Positions 52,325 to 62,183 of a DNA stretch of 64,000 bases are shown here, in pieces. The first letter of the stretch is position 1; the number at the start of each line of letters is the position of its first letter. Both the position numbers and the translations under genes were made by a program. The notes beneath the pieces are model-generated. The model saw only the letters and a list, made by a program, of their open reading frames with translations. It searched no databases and was not told the DNA's origin. Source of the DNA: an uncultured Lentisphaerales bacterium (GTDB lineage: Bacteria; Verrucomicrobiota; Lentisphaeria; JABSQK01; UBA12247); contig CALSSJ010000017.1 of NCBI GenBank assembly GCA_943788985.1, positions 96,001 through 160,000 on the forward strand, read 5' to 3'.

Positions 52325-54091
52325 ATGTCTACGCTGCCGACTTGGAATCTTGACGATCTCTATACCTCGCCGACCGACCCGAAACTCTCGGAAGACCTGA
52401 GCCAGCTGTCAGTAGAAGCCGATGATTTCGCGGCGCAGTGGCGCGGAAAGCTAGGCCAGGATGCCGCGACTCTGCGCGCTGCGCTGGATCACTACGAGGC
52501 TTTTCAAAGAAAAGCTGCGAAGCCATCCTGCTACGCCAGCCTGCTGTTCTCGACGGACTTGAATGATCCGGAGCGCGGTGCCCTGCTGCAGAGCGTCCGC
52601 GAGGCGATCACAGCCCTGTCGGGCAAACTGGTCTTTTTTGACCTGGAACTGGCCGAACTCCCTGAGGAGCGACTCACGGAGCTGATGGCAGACGACCAGC
52701 TTGCGCCATACGGGCACTATCTAAAGACCGTGGTCGCCCAGGCAAAATACAATCTGAGCGAGCCTGAAGAGAAGATTCTGGTTGCGACCAGCCCCGTGCG
52801 TGGATCGGCTTTTGGCCGGCTGTTCTCAGAGATTCATAGCCGCGCCGTCTATCGCATGTCTGTGGATGGCGAAGAGCAGACGCTGACGCAAAGCGAGATT
52901 CTGGCCAAGGTGTACTCGAGCGATCGAGCCGAACGTGCCGCTGCAGCCGCTGCCGTCACGACCACCCTGAAGGAGCATGCTCACCCGCTTACGTTCATCT
53001 ACAATACGCTGCTGAACGAACGTCAGATCACCGACAGGCTACGCGGTATCGAACGCCCAGAGGGTGGTCGCCACCTGGCAAACGAGCTGTCCTACGAAGT
53101 CGTGGATACGATGTCTTCCGTGTGCGTAAAACACTACCCGATGGTAGCACGCTATTACGAGCTGAAGCGTCGTCTCCTGGGCCTGGAAGAACTTACCCAT
53201 GTGGACCGTTACGCCCCGATCGCCGACAGTCGCAAAGAGATCGCCTACGAAGATGCAAAGCAGCTGGTCTGTGACTCATTCCTGGCCTTCTCCCCGGAGA
53301 TGCACGAGCTGGTGTTGCCGTTCTTCGAGCAGGACTGGATTGATGCCGAATTGAAACCCGGCAAGCAGGGCGGCGCCTTCTGTGCCGGCGTGACACCTGA
53401 TCTGCATCCCTATATCCTAATGAACTACACCGGCAAGCCGCGCGACGTCACCACGCTGGCGCACGAACTGGGGCATGGCATTCATGACCGCTTGGCAGCG
53501 GGCAACCACATGCTGGACTATTACCCCGTCCTCCCGCTTGCGGAGACCGCAAGCACATTCGCCGAGATGCTGGTCTTTGAGCAGTTGAAGCAGAGTCTCA
53601 CCGACCCAGCTGAGCGCCGCGCGCTGCTGTGCGGGAAACTCGAGGATAGCTTCGCCACCATATTCCGACAGGTCGCCATGTTTCGTTTCGAGCAGCAGGC
53701 GCACGCACTGCGACGCGAGCAGGGTGAGCAAACGACCGAGGCGTATAACGCACTCTGGCAGAGCTGTATGCAGGAAATGTTCGGGGACAGCGTTAAGCTT
53801 GGCGACGAGCATGCCTGGTGGTGGCTCTATATTCCGCACATCTATCGCTCCCCGTTCTACGTCTATGCCTATGCTTTTGGGGAGTTGCTGGTCCTATCAC
53901 TCTACGCCCGTTACAAGGAGCAAGGTGCCTCATTTATCCCGTCTTTCTTCGAGCTTCTCGCGGCGGGCGGCAGCGAAAAACCAGAAGATCTTCTAAAACG
54001 ACTGGATATTGACGTTTCCGACAAAACCTTCTGGGCGGGTGGTTGCTCTGTTCTTGCGGCGACGTTAGAGGAACTAGAAGCATTGTGCTGA
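52325..54091 (+). CDS. pepF: M3 family oligoendopeptidase F
   Basis: WNLDDLY, GKQGGAF, TLAHELGHGIH, LAETAS, FYVYAY. Confidence 0.9.
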   Translation: MSTLPTWNLDDLYTSPTDPKLSEDLSQLSVEADDFAAQWRGKLGQDAATLRAALDHYEAFQRKAAKPSCYASLLFSTDLNDPERGALLQSVREAITALSGKLVFFDLELAELPEERLTELMADDQLAPYGHYLKTVVAQAKYNLSEPEEKILVATSPVRGSAFGRLFSEIHSRAVYRMSVDGEEQTLTQSEILAKVYSSDRAERAAAAAAVTTTLKEHAHPLTFIYNTLLNERQITDRLRGIERPEGGRHLANELSYEVVDTMSSVCVKHYPMVARYYELKRRLLGLEELTHVDRYAPIADSRKEIAYEDAKQLVCDSFLAFSPEMHELVLPFFEQDWIDAELKPGKQGGAFCAGVTPDLHPYILMNYTGKPRDVTTLAHELGHGIHDRLAAGNHMLDYYPVLPLAETASTFAEMLVFEQLKQSLTDPAERRALLCGKLEDSFATIFRQVAMFRFEQQAHALRREQGEQTTEAYNALWQSCMQEMFGDSVKLGDEHAWWWLYIPHIYRSPFYVYAYAFGELLVLSLYARYKEQGASFIPSFFELLAAGGSEKPEDLLKRLDIDVSDKTFWAGGCSVLAATLEELEALC

Positions 54092-54094
54092 CTT

Positions 54095-55228
54095 ATGAAT
54101 TGCCCAAGTTGCCAATCTCTAATTGCTCTCAAACAGGTAGTATGCCTAAATTGTGGCTACAATACCGCAACTGGTGCCGTACCTGCGCCCCAGCAGGATG
54201 CGGTACCAGATTGGAAAGCAAAACAGGAGTCGATGCGCGCGAAAACCAGACGCCAAATCCAGATCGCCGGTCTGATTGTCGTTGTCGTTGGCGTACTTGG
54301 CGGCTTCCTGACCGTCTCCTCCTATAAAGGGATACAGGCCCCCAATCAGGCCGAGCACTACCTGACGATCGAGACCCAGCAACTCAGCCCTCTCGCCGTC
54401 AAGGTCTTCACAGAGAATCTCAGCAATCGCATCACGATTCTGAATTCGCTTTACTACGAAGAGAAGTACGCCGAGGCGGACAAGGAAATCGCCACAATCA
54501 TGCAGCTGTTCGCACGCCTCAAGAAGGATGGCTATGAGGCAGCTGAGGCCCATGGCTACCCGACGGTCAGGCTGTGGCTAGAGGCCGAGGAGCACCGCAT
54601 GAAGCAAGCTCTCACAAAGCGTTACGACGAACTGGTCAAGCCCTTGGCCGACTACAAGACCCATGACCGGAAGGATATCGATTCTTTCATATCTAGTGTG
54701 GGTCGGCACTGGGAGATGCAGCAGCGTTTTGAACGCGACTCGCCCCGCATCGACCGGTCAAGGGCAAAACATGTCAGCGGGCATTTTCGCCTGGCCTACG
54801 AAGGGGAGGAGTCTCCCTGTTTCGGAGCGGGCAGCAAAGATCAGACGCGCAGAACGATCATGGAGCCGCTCGAACGGAACATCGGAAAACTGGCTGCGCT
54901 TCCTAGATTGCGCCACCTTCCCTTCGGCCCGATAGAAGAACGGGCAACGTCAGTGTCACTCATTGTTACGCTACGAATGGTCGATGCCGAGAACTCAAAG
55001 CTCTCTTGTCGATTCCACAGCCATATCCATGAGAAGACGAATTGGCCCGGCAAGTATCGGAACGGGTGGAATGCAAAATGGGTAGGTTATGCCTCTGACT
55101 TCAAGAAAAACGAAGACGGCGAGCGCAGCGCCTTCGGCTGGACTGGTGGAGACGAGGTCTACCATCACAAAACCTCTCTGATGGCAGAGGAACTAGAAAA
55201 AGCGTTTCCCCATTTCGTGGCATACTGA
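54095..55228 (+). CDS. Zinc-ribbon single-TM hypothetical protein
   Basis: CPSC..CLNCG N-terminus, one TM helix. Confidence 0.75.
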   Translation: MNCPSCQSLIALKQVVCLNCGYNTATGAVPAPQQDAVPDWKAKQESMRAKTRRQIQIAGLIVVVVGVLGGFLTVSSYKGIQAPNQAEHYLTIETQQLSPLAVKVFTENLSNRITILNSLYYEEKYAEADKEIATIMQLFARLKKDGYEAAEAHGYPTVRLWLEAEEHRMKQALTKRYDELVKPLADYKTHDRKDIDSFISSVGRHWEMQQRFERDSPRIDRSRAKHVSGHFRLAYEGEESPCFGAGSKDQTRRTIMEPLERNIGKLAALPRLRHLPFGPIEERATSVSLIVTLRMVDAENSKLSCRFHSHIHEKTNWPGKYRNGWNAKWVGYASDFKKNEDGERSAFGWTGGDEVYHHKTSLMAEELEKAFPHFVAY

Positions 55229-55229
55229 A

Positions 55230-55772
55230 ATAGCCGAGGCCCTCGCGGCCGCCCCCTACGCAGCAAGCTACTGCGAGGAGAATGCCTGGCACCAGTTGTC
55301 TCGACTGCCCGACGCATCGTATTGGGCGGTGATCGTCAGCAACACCGGTCGTTGTATCCCCTATTTTGCACAGCGCAGCGCAGCCGTCGGTGATCCGGTT
55401 TTCTGGGACTACCACGTCTGGCTCCTGGCTGAGCACGAGGACGAGCTTTATGCGTTGGATCTGGACAGTCGGTTGCCCACGCCAACGCCGCTGACGCTGT
55501 ATCTGGACGCCAGCTTTCCGGAGTATCCAACCTGGCCAAAAGCGTACTGGCCGTGGTTCCGTCCCATCCGGCGTGATCAGTATCTCGCGGAGTTCGCAAG
55601 TGACAGGCGCCACATGCGTGATGGCGAGCGCTGGCACGCCCCTCCCCCACCTTGGCCCTGCATCGGCAACGGACATATCCTCGATGCCTGGCGAGAAATC
55701 CCAGGCGTTGCGCTCCCTGGCAAGGTCCTCACGGTGGACGAATTGATCGAATATCTAACAGCCAGCAGGTAA
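55230..55772 (+). CDS. Protein N-terminal glutamine amidohydrolase (NTAQ1/WDYHV family)
   Basis: YCEENAW (upstream of the track's TTG), FWDYHV, DLDS, FASDRRHM..W..PPPPWPCI. Confidence 0.85.
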   Translation: MAEALAAAPYAASYCEENAWHQLSRLPDASYWAVIVSNTGRCIPYFAQRSAAVGDPVFWDYHVWLLAEHEDELYALDLDSRLPTPTPLTLYLDASFPEYPTWPKAYWPWFRPIRRDQYLAEFASDRRHMRDGERWHAPPPPWPCIGNGHILDAWREIPGVALPGKVLTVDELIEYLTASR

Positions 55773-55828
55773 TTTCGAATGTCCAAGGAAAGACGAACCA
55801 CACGGAAGTCGCAATCTTGATTCCAATG

Positions 55829-55861
55829 TTAACTGGAAATTCCATGTTGGCTGTTGGATAT
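55829..55861 (+). repeat. Repeat family B copy
   Basis: TTAACTGGAAATTCCATGTTGGCTGTTGGATAT. Confidence 0.7.
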
Positions 55862-55947
55862 TCAATGACTCCGAGGTCTGGCTCGCAGTTTTTATATGGA
55901 ATAGTAGGGTTCCGCTCTTCCTGCCCCGCCAACCGTCACGGCACCGC

Positions 55948-57357
55948 ATGACCACATACATCATTCGCAGACTCTTGCTGATGATTCCAACGTTGATTGG
56001 CATCCTCACCATTACGTTCTTGATCTCGGAGTTCGTCCCCGGGGGCCCCATGGACCAGGTTCAGGCGATTCTGCAAGGTCACGATGGCCAGAGCGGCGGC
56101 GAAGTATCCAGCGGTGGCGATGCCAAACGCAAACGAGTGGACCCCTATCTCGAGGCACGGCTCCGCCGACTTTACGGCGTAAACATCCCACGCTGGGAGC
56201 GCTATCTACGACTCTTGGTCTGGTTCGGCCGGGACAGCATCGTCAGTGACGAGGAAGTCGCCGCGGGCACCGCGGCCAAGTTCGTCGCCAATGGCAGAAA
56301 CTGCATCGTCGCCCGGCATCACGACACCTTTTATGCCTGCGTAAATCGCTGGCAGAACAGCGAGTTATCATTCTGTGCAGAAACCGGCCGCTGGCTGAGC
56401 GTAGAACACGACGAGACCTTCGACCCGATTACCGGGCAGCCAACCCTAAGCAGCGGCGAGCCATTGACCGTGCTTCAAGTTGAAGTGCGCGACCGCGGGA
56501 GCGGCCGTGAGGTGTTTCTGAATCAGCCGTTCGCGGAGAGCATCACAAACTGGAGCAACTGGCACGGCTTCTTTCTGTTAAAATTCGGGCAGTCCATCTA
56601 CTACAATAAAAACGTTCTGGAGCTGGTAAAGGAGTGCCTTCCGGTATCGGCCAGTCTGGGGATCATCAGTTTCTTCCTGACCTACACCGTGTGCCTGCTG
56701 CTCGGCCTGGCGAAAGCTGCCCGCCACGGCACCAAGTTCGACCTTACCTCCAGCGCAGTGGTTCTGGTGGGCTACAGCATTCCAGGCTTTGTCCTGGGCG
56801 TCTTGCTCCTAGTCTTATTTGGCCCAGGCGACGGACGCATCGTCGAGGTCATCCCGCTGGCTGGTCTGAACAGCGCAGAGGTGCCCGGCTACGCAGGCTG
56901 GTCCGCCTGGCAGAAACTTCTGGATTACGCCCACCACCTGATCGCCCCCGTGCTCTGCCTGTGCATCGGGAACTTCGCCACCATGACCATGCTCACCAAG
57001 AACAGCGTTCTGGACCAGATTCATCAACAATACGTGATCACAGCTCGCGCCAAGGGCCTGAGCGAACGCAAGATCCTGTTCAAGCACATTCTGCGCAATG
57101 CCCTGATCCCGCTCATCACTGGCTTTCCAAGCGCATTCTTAGGCATGTTCTTTGCCGGTTCACTGCTCATCGAGAAGGTATTCTCCCTCAACGGCCTCGG
57201 CCTGCTAAGCTACGAAGCCGTCATTAACCGCGACTTCCCAATCGTGCTCGGAAGCCTGTTTATCTTTACCATCCTTGGCCTGATCGGGCAGCTGCTGACT
57301 GACCTTTCCTATGTGATTGTCGATCCCAGAATCAGCTTTGAGGAGAGTCAGGGCTGA
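55948..57357 (+). CDS. yejB: Peptide ABC transporter permease, YejB-like, with inserted domain
   Basis: YIIRRLLLMIPTL..PGGP, LTKNS.LD, TARAKGL, YIVDPRI-like end. Confidence 0.75.
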   Translation: MTTYIIRRLLLMIPTLIGILTITFLISEFVPGGPMDQVQAILQGHDGQSGGEVSSGGDAKRKRVDPYLEARLRRLYGVNIPRWERYLRLLVWFGRDSIVSDEEVAAGTAAKFVANGRNCIVARHHDTFYACVNRWQNSELSFCAETGRWLSVEHDETFDPITGQPTLSSGEPLTVLQVEVRDRGSGREVFLNQPFAESITNWSNWHGFFLLKFGQSIYYNKNVLELVKECLPVSASLGIISFFLTYTVCLLLGLAKAARHGTKFDLTSSAVVLVGYSIPGFVLGVLLLVLFGPGDGRIVEVIPLAGLNSAEVPGYAGWSAWQKLLDYAHHLIAPVLCLCIGNFATMTMLTKNSVLDQIHQQYVITARAKGLSERKILFKHILRNALIPLITGFPSAFLGMFFAGSLLIEKVFSLNGLGLLSYEAVINRDFPIVLGSLFIFTILGLIGQLLTDLSYVIVDPRISFEESQG

Positions 57358-58598
57358 TGATCAACCCAGAACTCCATGCCTCGATCCAGCGGTTTCGGTC
57401 CAATCGGATTGCTTGGTACAGCTCACTGATCCTCACGGCCATGTTTTTGTGCAGCCTCCCCGCCGAGCTGATCTTTAATGACAAACCGCTGGCGATGCAA
57501 ATCGACGGTGCTTGGTACTTCCCATGCGTCAAAAGCTACTCTCTCGCCGACTTCGGCGGCGATGGCGAGATCAAGATCGAGGACTATCAAAGCCGTGAGC
57601 TGATCGACTTTCTGAACGGGGTCATTCGCGAGCAGGACCTGGAGTCGGTCTTCGGCAGCAGCGATGAGTTTGATGATGAATTCAGTGATGAGTTCAGTGA
57701 TGAACTGGAAGCACCGCCTGCCGACGATGCGACGGCGGAGGCCGCTCCGGAAGCAGCTAAGCACAGCCATCGTTTCATCTGGCCGCTTTATCGCCACAGC
57801 TATCGGTCTGAAATGCGGGAGCCCAAGTCCGGCCGCGCCAAGCTGGCCGCGCCGTGGCCCGAATACGTAGAATACGAGAAGCGTACCTACGAAAGCAGCC
57901 ATCGGGACGGCCAGTTGCTCGGCACAGATGCTCAGGGTAAGGATGTACTCTCACGCATCGTCTACGGCTTCCGCATCGCCATGTTCTTCGGGCTTGGACT
58001 CGCGATTACCGGTACTGTGCTCGGCTGCCTGATCGGCGGCATCCAAGGCTATTTCGGCGGCTGGGTCGACCTGCTTGGCCAGCGAGTCACCGAGATTTGG
58101 GGCTCAATGCCACGGCTCTATCTGCTTATTATCCTCAGCTCGTTTCTGGCCCGCTGGCAGATTACCGACCTGCAACACCTGCTGGTGCTGTTCGGCATCC
58201 TCAATCTCACGGCTTGGATGGGCACCGCCACCTATATCCGCGCTGAGTTTCTCAAGGCTCGTAACCTCGACTACGTGCGCGCAGCCAAGGCTCTCGGGCA
58301 ACCAGATTGGCGGATCATGCTGCGCCATATTCTACCAAATTCTCTGACACCAGTGGTGACCTTCTTTCCATTCGAGGCAACCGGCGGCATTCTCGCCCTG
58401 ACCAGCCTGGATTTCCTGCAACTGGGCGTTCGCTACCCGGCTCCGAGCCTCGGTGAGCTTCTCAGCCAGGGCCAGGAAAACCTGCATGCCATCTGGATTA
58501 TTGTGCCCACCTTTCTCATCCTGACGGTCGCCTTGATGCTGCTGACCTTTGTCGGCGACGGAATCCGAAACGCCTTCGACCCGCACCACCATGGCTGA
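57357..58598 (+). CDS. yejE: Peptide ABC transporter permease, YejE-like
   Basis: AELIFNDKPL, LGTDAQGKDVLSRIVYGFR, QGYFGG, YVRAAKALG. Confidence 0.8.
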   Translation: MINPELHASIQRFRSNRIAWYSSLILTAMFLCSLPAELIFNDKPLAMQIDGAWYFPCVKSYSLADFGGDGEIKIEDYQSRELIDFLNGVIREQDLESVFGSSDEFDDEFSDEFSDELEAPPADDATAEAAPEAAKHSHRFIWPLYRHSYRSEMREPKSGRAKLAAPWPEYVEYEKRTYESSHRDGQLLGTDAQGKDVLSRIVYGFRIAMFFGLGLAITGTVLGCLIGGIQGYFGGWVDLLGQRVTEIWGSMPRLYLLIILSSFLARWQITDLQHLLVLFGILNLTAWMGTATYIRAEFLKARNLDYVRAAKALGQPDWRIMLRHILPNSLTPVVTFFPFEATGGILALTSLDFLQLGVRYPAPSLGELLSQGQENLHAIWIIVPTFLILTVALMLLTFVGDGIRNAFDPHHHG

Positions 58599-60138
58599 AG
58601 CTGCCCGGTTCCGTACGCTGATTGCGATCGGGCTGCTGCTCACGGTCACCATCCTGTGCTTTGGCCAGGCGCTCGGTTTTCCCTACACCAATTGGGATGA
58701 TCTGCAATTCATCACCACCAATCCCGCAATCCGCCAAGATCAGGCCATGGCTCTATTCAGGATCGACAGCGTGCAGGGCGAGCGACTCTACATCCCGCTC
58801 ACCTATCTCAGCTACTGGCTGGAGCGCTGGCTCGGCGGACCGGACGCGATCACAACGCACTTGCTGAATCTGCTGCTGCACCTTTCGAATGTGCTTCTGG
58901 TCTTCGCGCTTCTCACCAAGCTTCAGACTGGGACGCGGTCGGTTGTGGCGGCGTGCCTGGGGGCGGCAGTCTTCGCCATCCATCCGTTGCAGGCCGAGGC
59001 CGTCTGTTGGGCCATGGGCCGCAAGGACCTGCTGAGCGGTCTATTTGCCCTATCGGGCTTACTGCTGTTTGTGTGCGGAGTTCGCAAAGAGCGAGCCTTG
59101 CTCTGCTGGCTGGCTGTGATTGCCTTCGCCTTCGGCTGCCTGGCGAAGCCTAGCATCATCGTGCTGCCAGCGGTCTTTGCGCTGCTAGCCTGGCACCTCA
59201 AGGGCCGGCCTCGCACGGTCCTGCTCCCACTCGGTGCTGGCTGCATCGTGGCAATTGCGATCTTCGCAATCTCCCGCGTTCTGCCCACCGAAGGTGCGCC
59301 GGAGCTGCCGCCGCTCGCAGAGCGCCTGCGGCTGCTTCCTGCGTTGGCCTGGCACTGGGCCAGCCACCTGCTGGTCCCGATCCGGTTGAGCTCGTTCTAT
59401 ACGCTCACTGCCCCGACCTGGCGCGTGATTGCGGGGCTGGGCGCGGTCTGCGCCGTGCTTCTTGTCCTGTGGAAGGGCGGCCGCTCGCTGCGCACCGGGC
59501 TGGGAGTTACAGCCATCCTCCTGGTACCAGCTGCAGTGATCGTCCTGCAACACCGTGACTTCCTCACCGGCGATCGCTACGGCTACCTCGCGGTCATCGG
59601 TCTGGGGTTCCTGATCAGCGAGGCTGCCCGCAGCCGCCGCACGCAGTGGCTATGTGGGACTGGGGGCCTGGTCCTGGCAATTCTCACCGTCCCAGCCGTC
59701 CAGACCTGGTCTAACGACCGCGCGGTCTGGCAAAGCGCACTTCGCTACGACACGACCAACCCTGTCGCCTGGAACAACCTCGGACTCTCACACAGACACG
59801 CTGGCAACCATCCCGAAGCGCTTCGTTGCTTCGAGCAAGGCCTCGCGCACGCCCCCGACAACCACACCTTGCGCACCAATCAGGGCGATACGCTATTCGC
59901 GCTGGGACGGGAAGACGACGCCCTAGCAGCGTTCTTACGTGTGGCGAGCCGACACCTGTGGAGCTTTCAAGCGCTTGCCGGTGCTGGCCGGGTATTTGAG
60001 AGTCGCGGAGAATGGGACAAAGCAGAGCAGGCCTATCGCCGCGCGCTTGGCGGCAATCGCGACTACACACCTGCAAAGCAAGGCCTGGAGCGAGTACTGG
60101 ACCAGCGGCGGGCCGAAGCTACGAAGCAAGAGAAATGA
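58591..60138 (+). CDS. Second TMTC-like GT-C/TPR membrane protein
   Basis: NWDD, YIPL, HPLQAEAV.W..GRKD, GDRYGYL, C-terminal TPRs. Confidence 0.8.
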   Translation: MAEAARFRTLIAIGLLLTVTILCFGQALGFPYTNWDDLQFITTNPAIRQDQAMALFRIDSVQGERLYIPLTYLSYWLERWLGGPDAITTHLLNLLLHLSNVLLVFALLTKLQTGTRSVVAACLGAAVFAIHPLQAEAVCWAMGRKDLLSGLFALSGLLLFVCGVRKERALLCWLAVIAFAFGCLAKPSIIVLPAVFALLAWHLKGRPRTVLLPLGAGCIVAIAIFAISRVLPTEGAPELPPLAERLRLLPALAWHWASHLLVPIRLSSFYTLTAPTWRVIAGLGAVCAVLLVLWKGGRSLRTGLGVTAILLVPAAVIVLQHRDFLTGDRYGYLAVIGLGFLISEAARSRRTQWLCGTGGLVLAILTVPAVQTWSNDRAVWQSALRYDTTNPVAWNNLGLSHRHAGNHPEALRCFEQGLAHAPDNHTLRTNQGDTLFALGREDDALAAFLRVASRHLWSFQALAGAGRVFESRGEWDKAEQAYRRALGGNRDYTPAKQGLERVLDQRRAEATKQEK

Positions 60139-60240
60139 TGCCCGCCCCTGTCGCTTGTTGGTACAGTGTGTTTTTGGATGAGCGACTCATCACTCGCGTC
60201 TCGCGGTGGCGGCGTCATCCGGAGAGTCAGCGCGGCATGG

Positions 60241-60271
60241 CGTCGTCGGGAGCCACGGCGTCACCAAGTCC
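60241..60271 (+). repeat. Repeat family A copy
   Basis: CGTCGTCGGGAGCCACGGCGTCACCAAGTC vs CGTCGCCGGGAGTCACGGCGTCACCAAGTC at 21329-58. Confidence 0.75.
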
Positions 60272-60307
60272 TATCCCATTACACCGCGGGCAAGGCCTAA
60301 ATGCCGA

Positions 60308-60335
60308 TTGCCAATCACTGCACTAGTACTATGAT
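60308..60335 (+). promoter_or_regulatory. Possible sigma-70 promoter
   Basis: TTGCCA-N16-TATGAT, 33 nt before ATG 60369. Confidence 0.35.
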
Positions 60336-60368
60336 ATCCCCCCGTCGCACCTCCACAGAGCCTAGCCT

Positions 60369-61394
60369 ATGCCCAAGATTCAGAATCAGATCAAACTTCC
60401 CATTTCGGTCGCTTTGGAAGTCGTGCTTCAAGGCTTGCGTATTCGGCTCGGTCGAAGCGTAGTCACGATCACCGGCGTGATCTGCGGCATCGCCTTCCTG
60501 ATGTCCATCCTTACCGGGCAGCTCATCAAGCAAGGCGTCAGCGAAGAAGATGCCAAGCGCGCAGAAGTCGATCGCATCAATAACTTCATGAAGGCCGATC
60601 TCCCGACGCTCGACGGCAAAAACATCACGCTCATCGCCGCTGGCATGCTCAGCGAGGTCGAAACCCGCGTGCTCGAGCGCATCATCGCCGACGGCGCCGC
60701 CGGGATTAAAGTCGAATCCGGCACCGAATCACAGATTCCCCGCAAGCTCACCGCCTTGCGCCCGGTACCCCGAGACCAGCTCATCGCCGAAAGTGCCTTT
60801 GTCCTCGTCATGGGCGGCGACACGCTACCCGACCGCGACTGGCGCGTCCTCCTCGGGCAGACGCCGTTGGCCCTCACCACCCCAGGCGGCAGTCCCGCCG
60901 GCATGCTCGACGGTCAGTTCGTCAAGCTATCCCGCGAGCTCACCGAAGAGGAGCTCGCCCGCAGAGCAGCCCAGGCCCGCAAAGACAAATTTCGCAGCAT
61001 CTGGATCGGCGCCGTTGCGCTGCTCGTGACCGTGATCGGCATCACCAACGCCATGCTCATGTCCGTCACCGAGCGATTCCGCGAAATCGGCACCATGAAG
61101 TGCCTCGGCGCACTCTCTGCATTTATCCGCCAGATCTTTCTTTTGGAGAGTTCCATGATGGGCCTTTCCGGCGGCATCGTCGGCGCCATTGTCGGTGCCC
61201 TGTTCTCCATCATCGCCTACGCCCTCAGCTACGGAATCTCCATGGTCGCTGGCTCACTGCCACTGGTGCCGCTCTTTGGCTTCGGCATCGTCTGCGTAAT
61301 TGTCGGCATTGTTCTTTCAGTCGTTGCCGCCCTGTATCCCGCCCATGTCGCCTCGAACATGGTCCCCGCGCACGCCCTGCGTTCAAACGTCTAA
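60369..61394 (+). CDS. FtsX/MacB-type ABC permease
   Basis: GITNAMLMSVTERFREIGTMKCLGA, FLLES. Confidence 0.88.
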   Translation: MPKIQNQIKLPISVALEVVLQGLRIRLGRSVVTITGVICGIAFLMSILTGQLIKQGVSEEDAKRAEVDRINNFMKADLPTLDGKNITLIAAGMLSEVETRVLERIIADGAAGIKVESGTESQIPRKLTALRPVPRDQLIAESAFVLVMGGDTLPDRDWRVLLGQTPLALTTPGGSPAGMLDGQFVKLSRELTEEELARRAAQARKDKFRSIWIGAVALLVTVIGITNAMLMSVTERFREIGTMKCLGALSAFIRQIFLLESSMMGLSGGIVGAIVGALFSIIAYALSYGISMVAGSLPLVPLFGFGIVCVIVGIVLSVVAALYPAHVASNMVPAHALRSNV

Positions 61395-61401
61395 GGCCCC
61401 C

Positions 61402-62182
61402 ATGAAAGCACTAGACCACACAAAGTTCAAAGCGCTCTTCACCCTCCCCGAGAACGAAGGCCGGCCCCGTCATCATTCGTGGCGTCGACATCATCAAGAC
61501 CTACCGCATGGGCGACCAAGTCACCCATGCGCTGCGCGGTGCCACGCTCGACGTCTACAAAGGCGAGTACCTCTCGATCATGGGCCCATCCGGCTCTGGC
61601 AAGTCCACTCTATTCAACGCCATCGGCGCCCTCCACAAGCCCACCTCCGGCAAGGTCTATATCGACCAGGTCGACATTGCCCAGCTTGATACCGATGAGT
61701 TAGCCTGGCTGCGCTGCCGCAAGATCGGTTACATCTTCCAAAGCTACAATCTTATCCAGGTCATGACCTGCCTCGAGAACGTCATGCTCCCCATGAGTTT
61801 CGCCGGGCTCGACGGCGAAGAAGCCCGCGAGAAGGCCATCCAGATTCTCAAGCTTGTGGGCCTTGGCCATCGCCTGCTGCACAAACCAGCCGAGCTCTCA
61901 GGCGGCCAACAACAGCGCGTCGCCATTGCCCGCTCACTCGCCAACTCGCCTGAGATCGTCCTCGCAGACGAACCGACGGCCAACCTTGACCAGAACACCG
62001 GCCAAGAAATGATTGACCTGTTCGTCAAGCTCCAGGAAGAACTCGGCGTCACCATCATCTCCGCAACCCACGATTTGAAGATGCTCCAGAGCAGCGATCG
62101 CATCCTTTGGATCGCCGATGGTCGAATCGTAAAAGCCGCGCGTCCCGAAGAGCTCGACTTCAACAGCGAGGACTTTCACTAG
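61402..62182 (+). CDS. LolD/MacB-type ABC ATPase (apparent frameshift near 61465)
   Basis: GPSGSGKS, LSGGQQQR, LADEP; N-terminus MKALDH.. is in a different frame from VIIRGVDIIKTY. Confidence 0.85.
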
Positions 62183-62183
62183 C

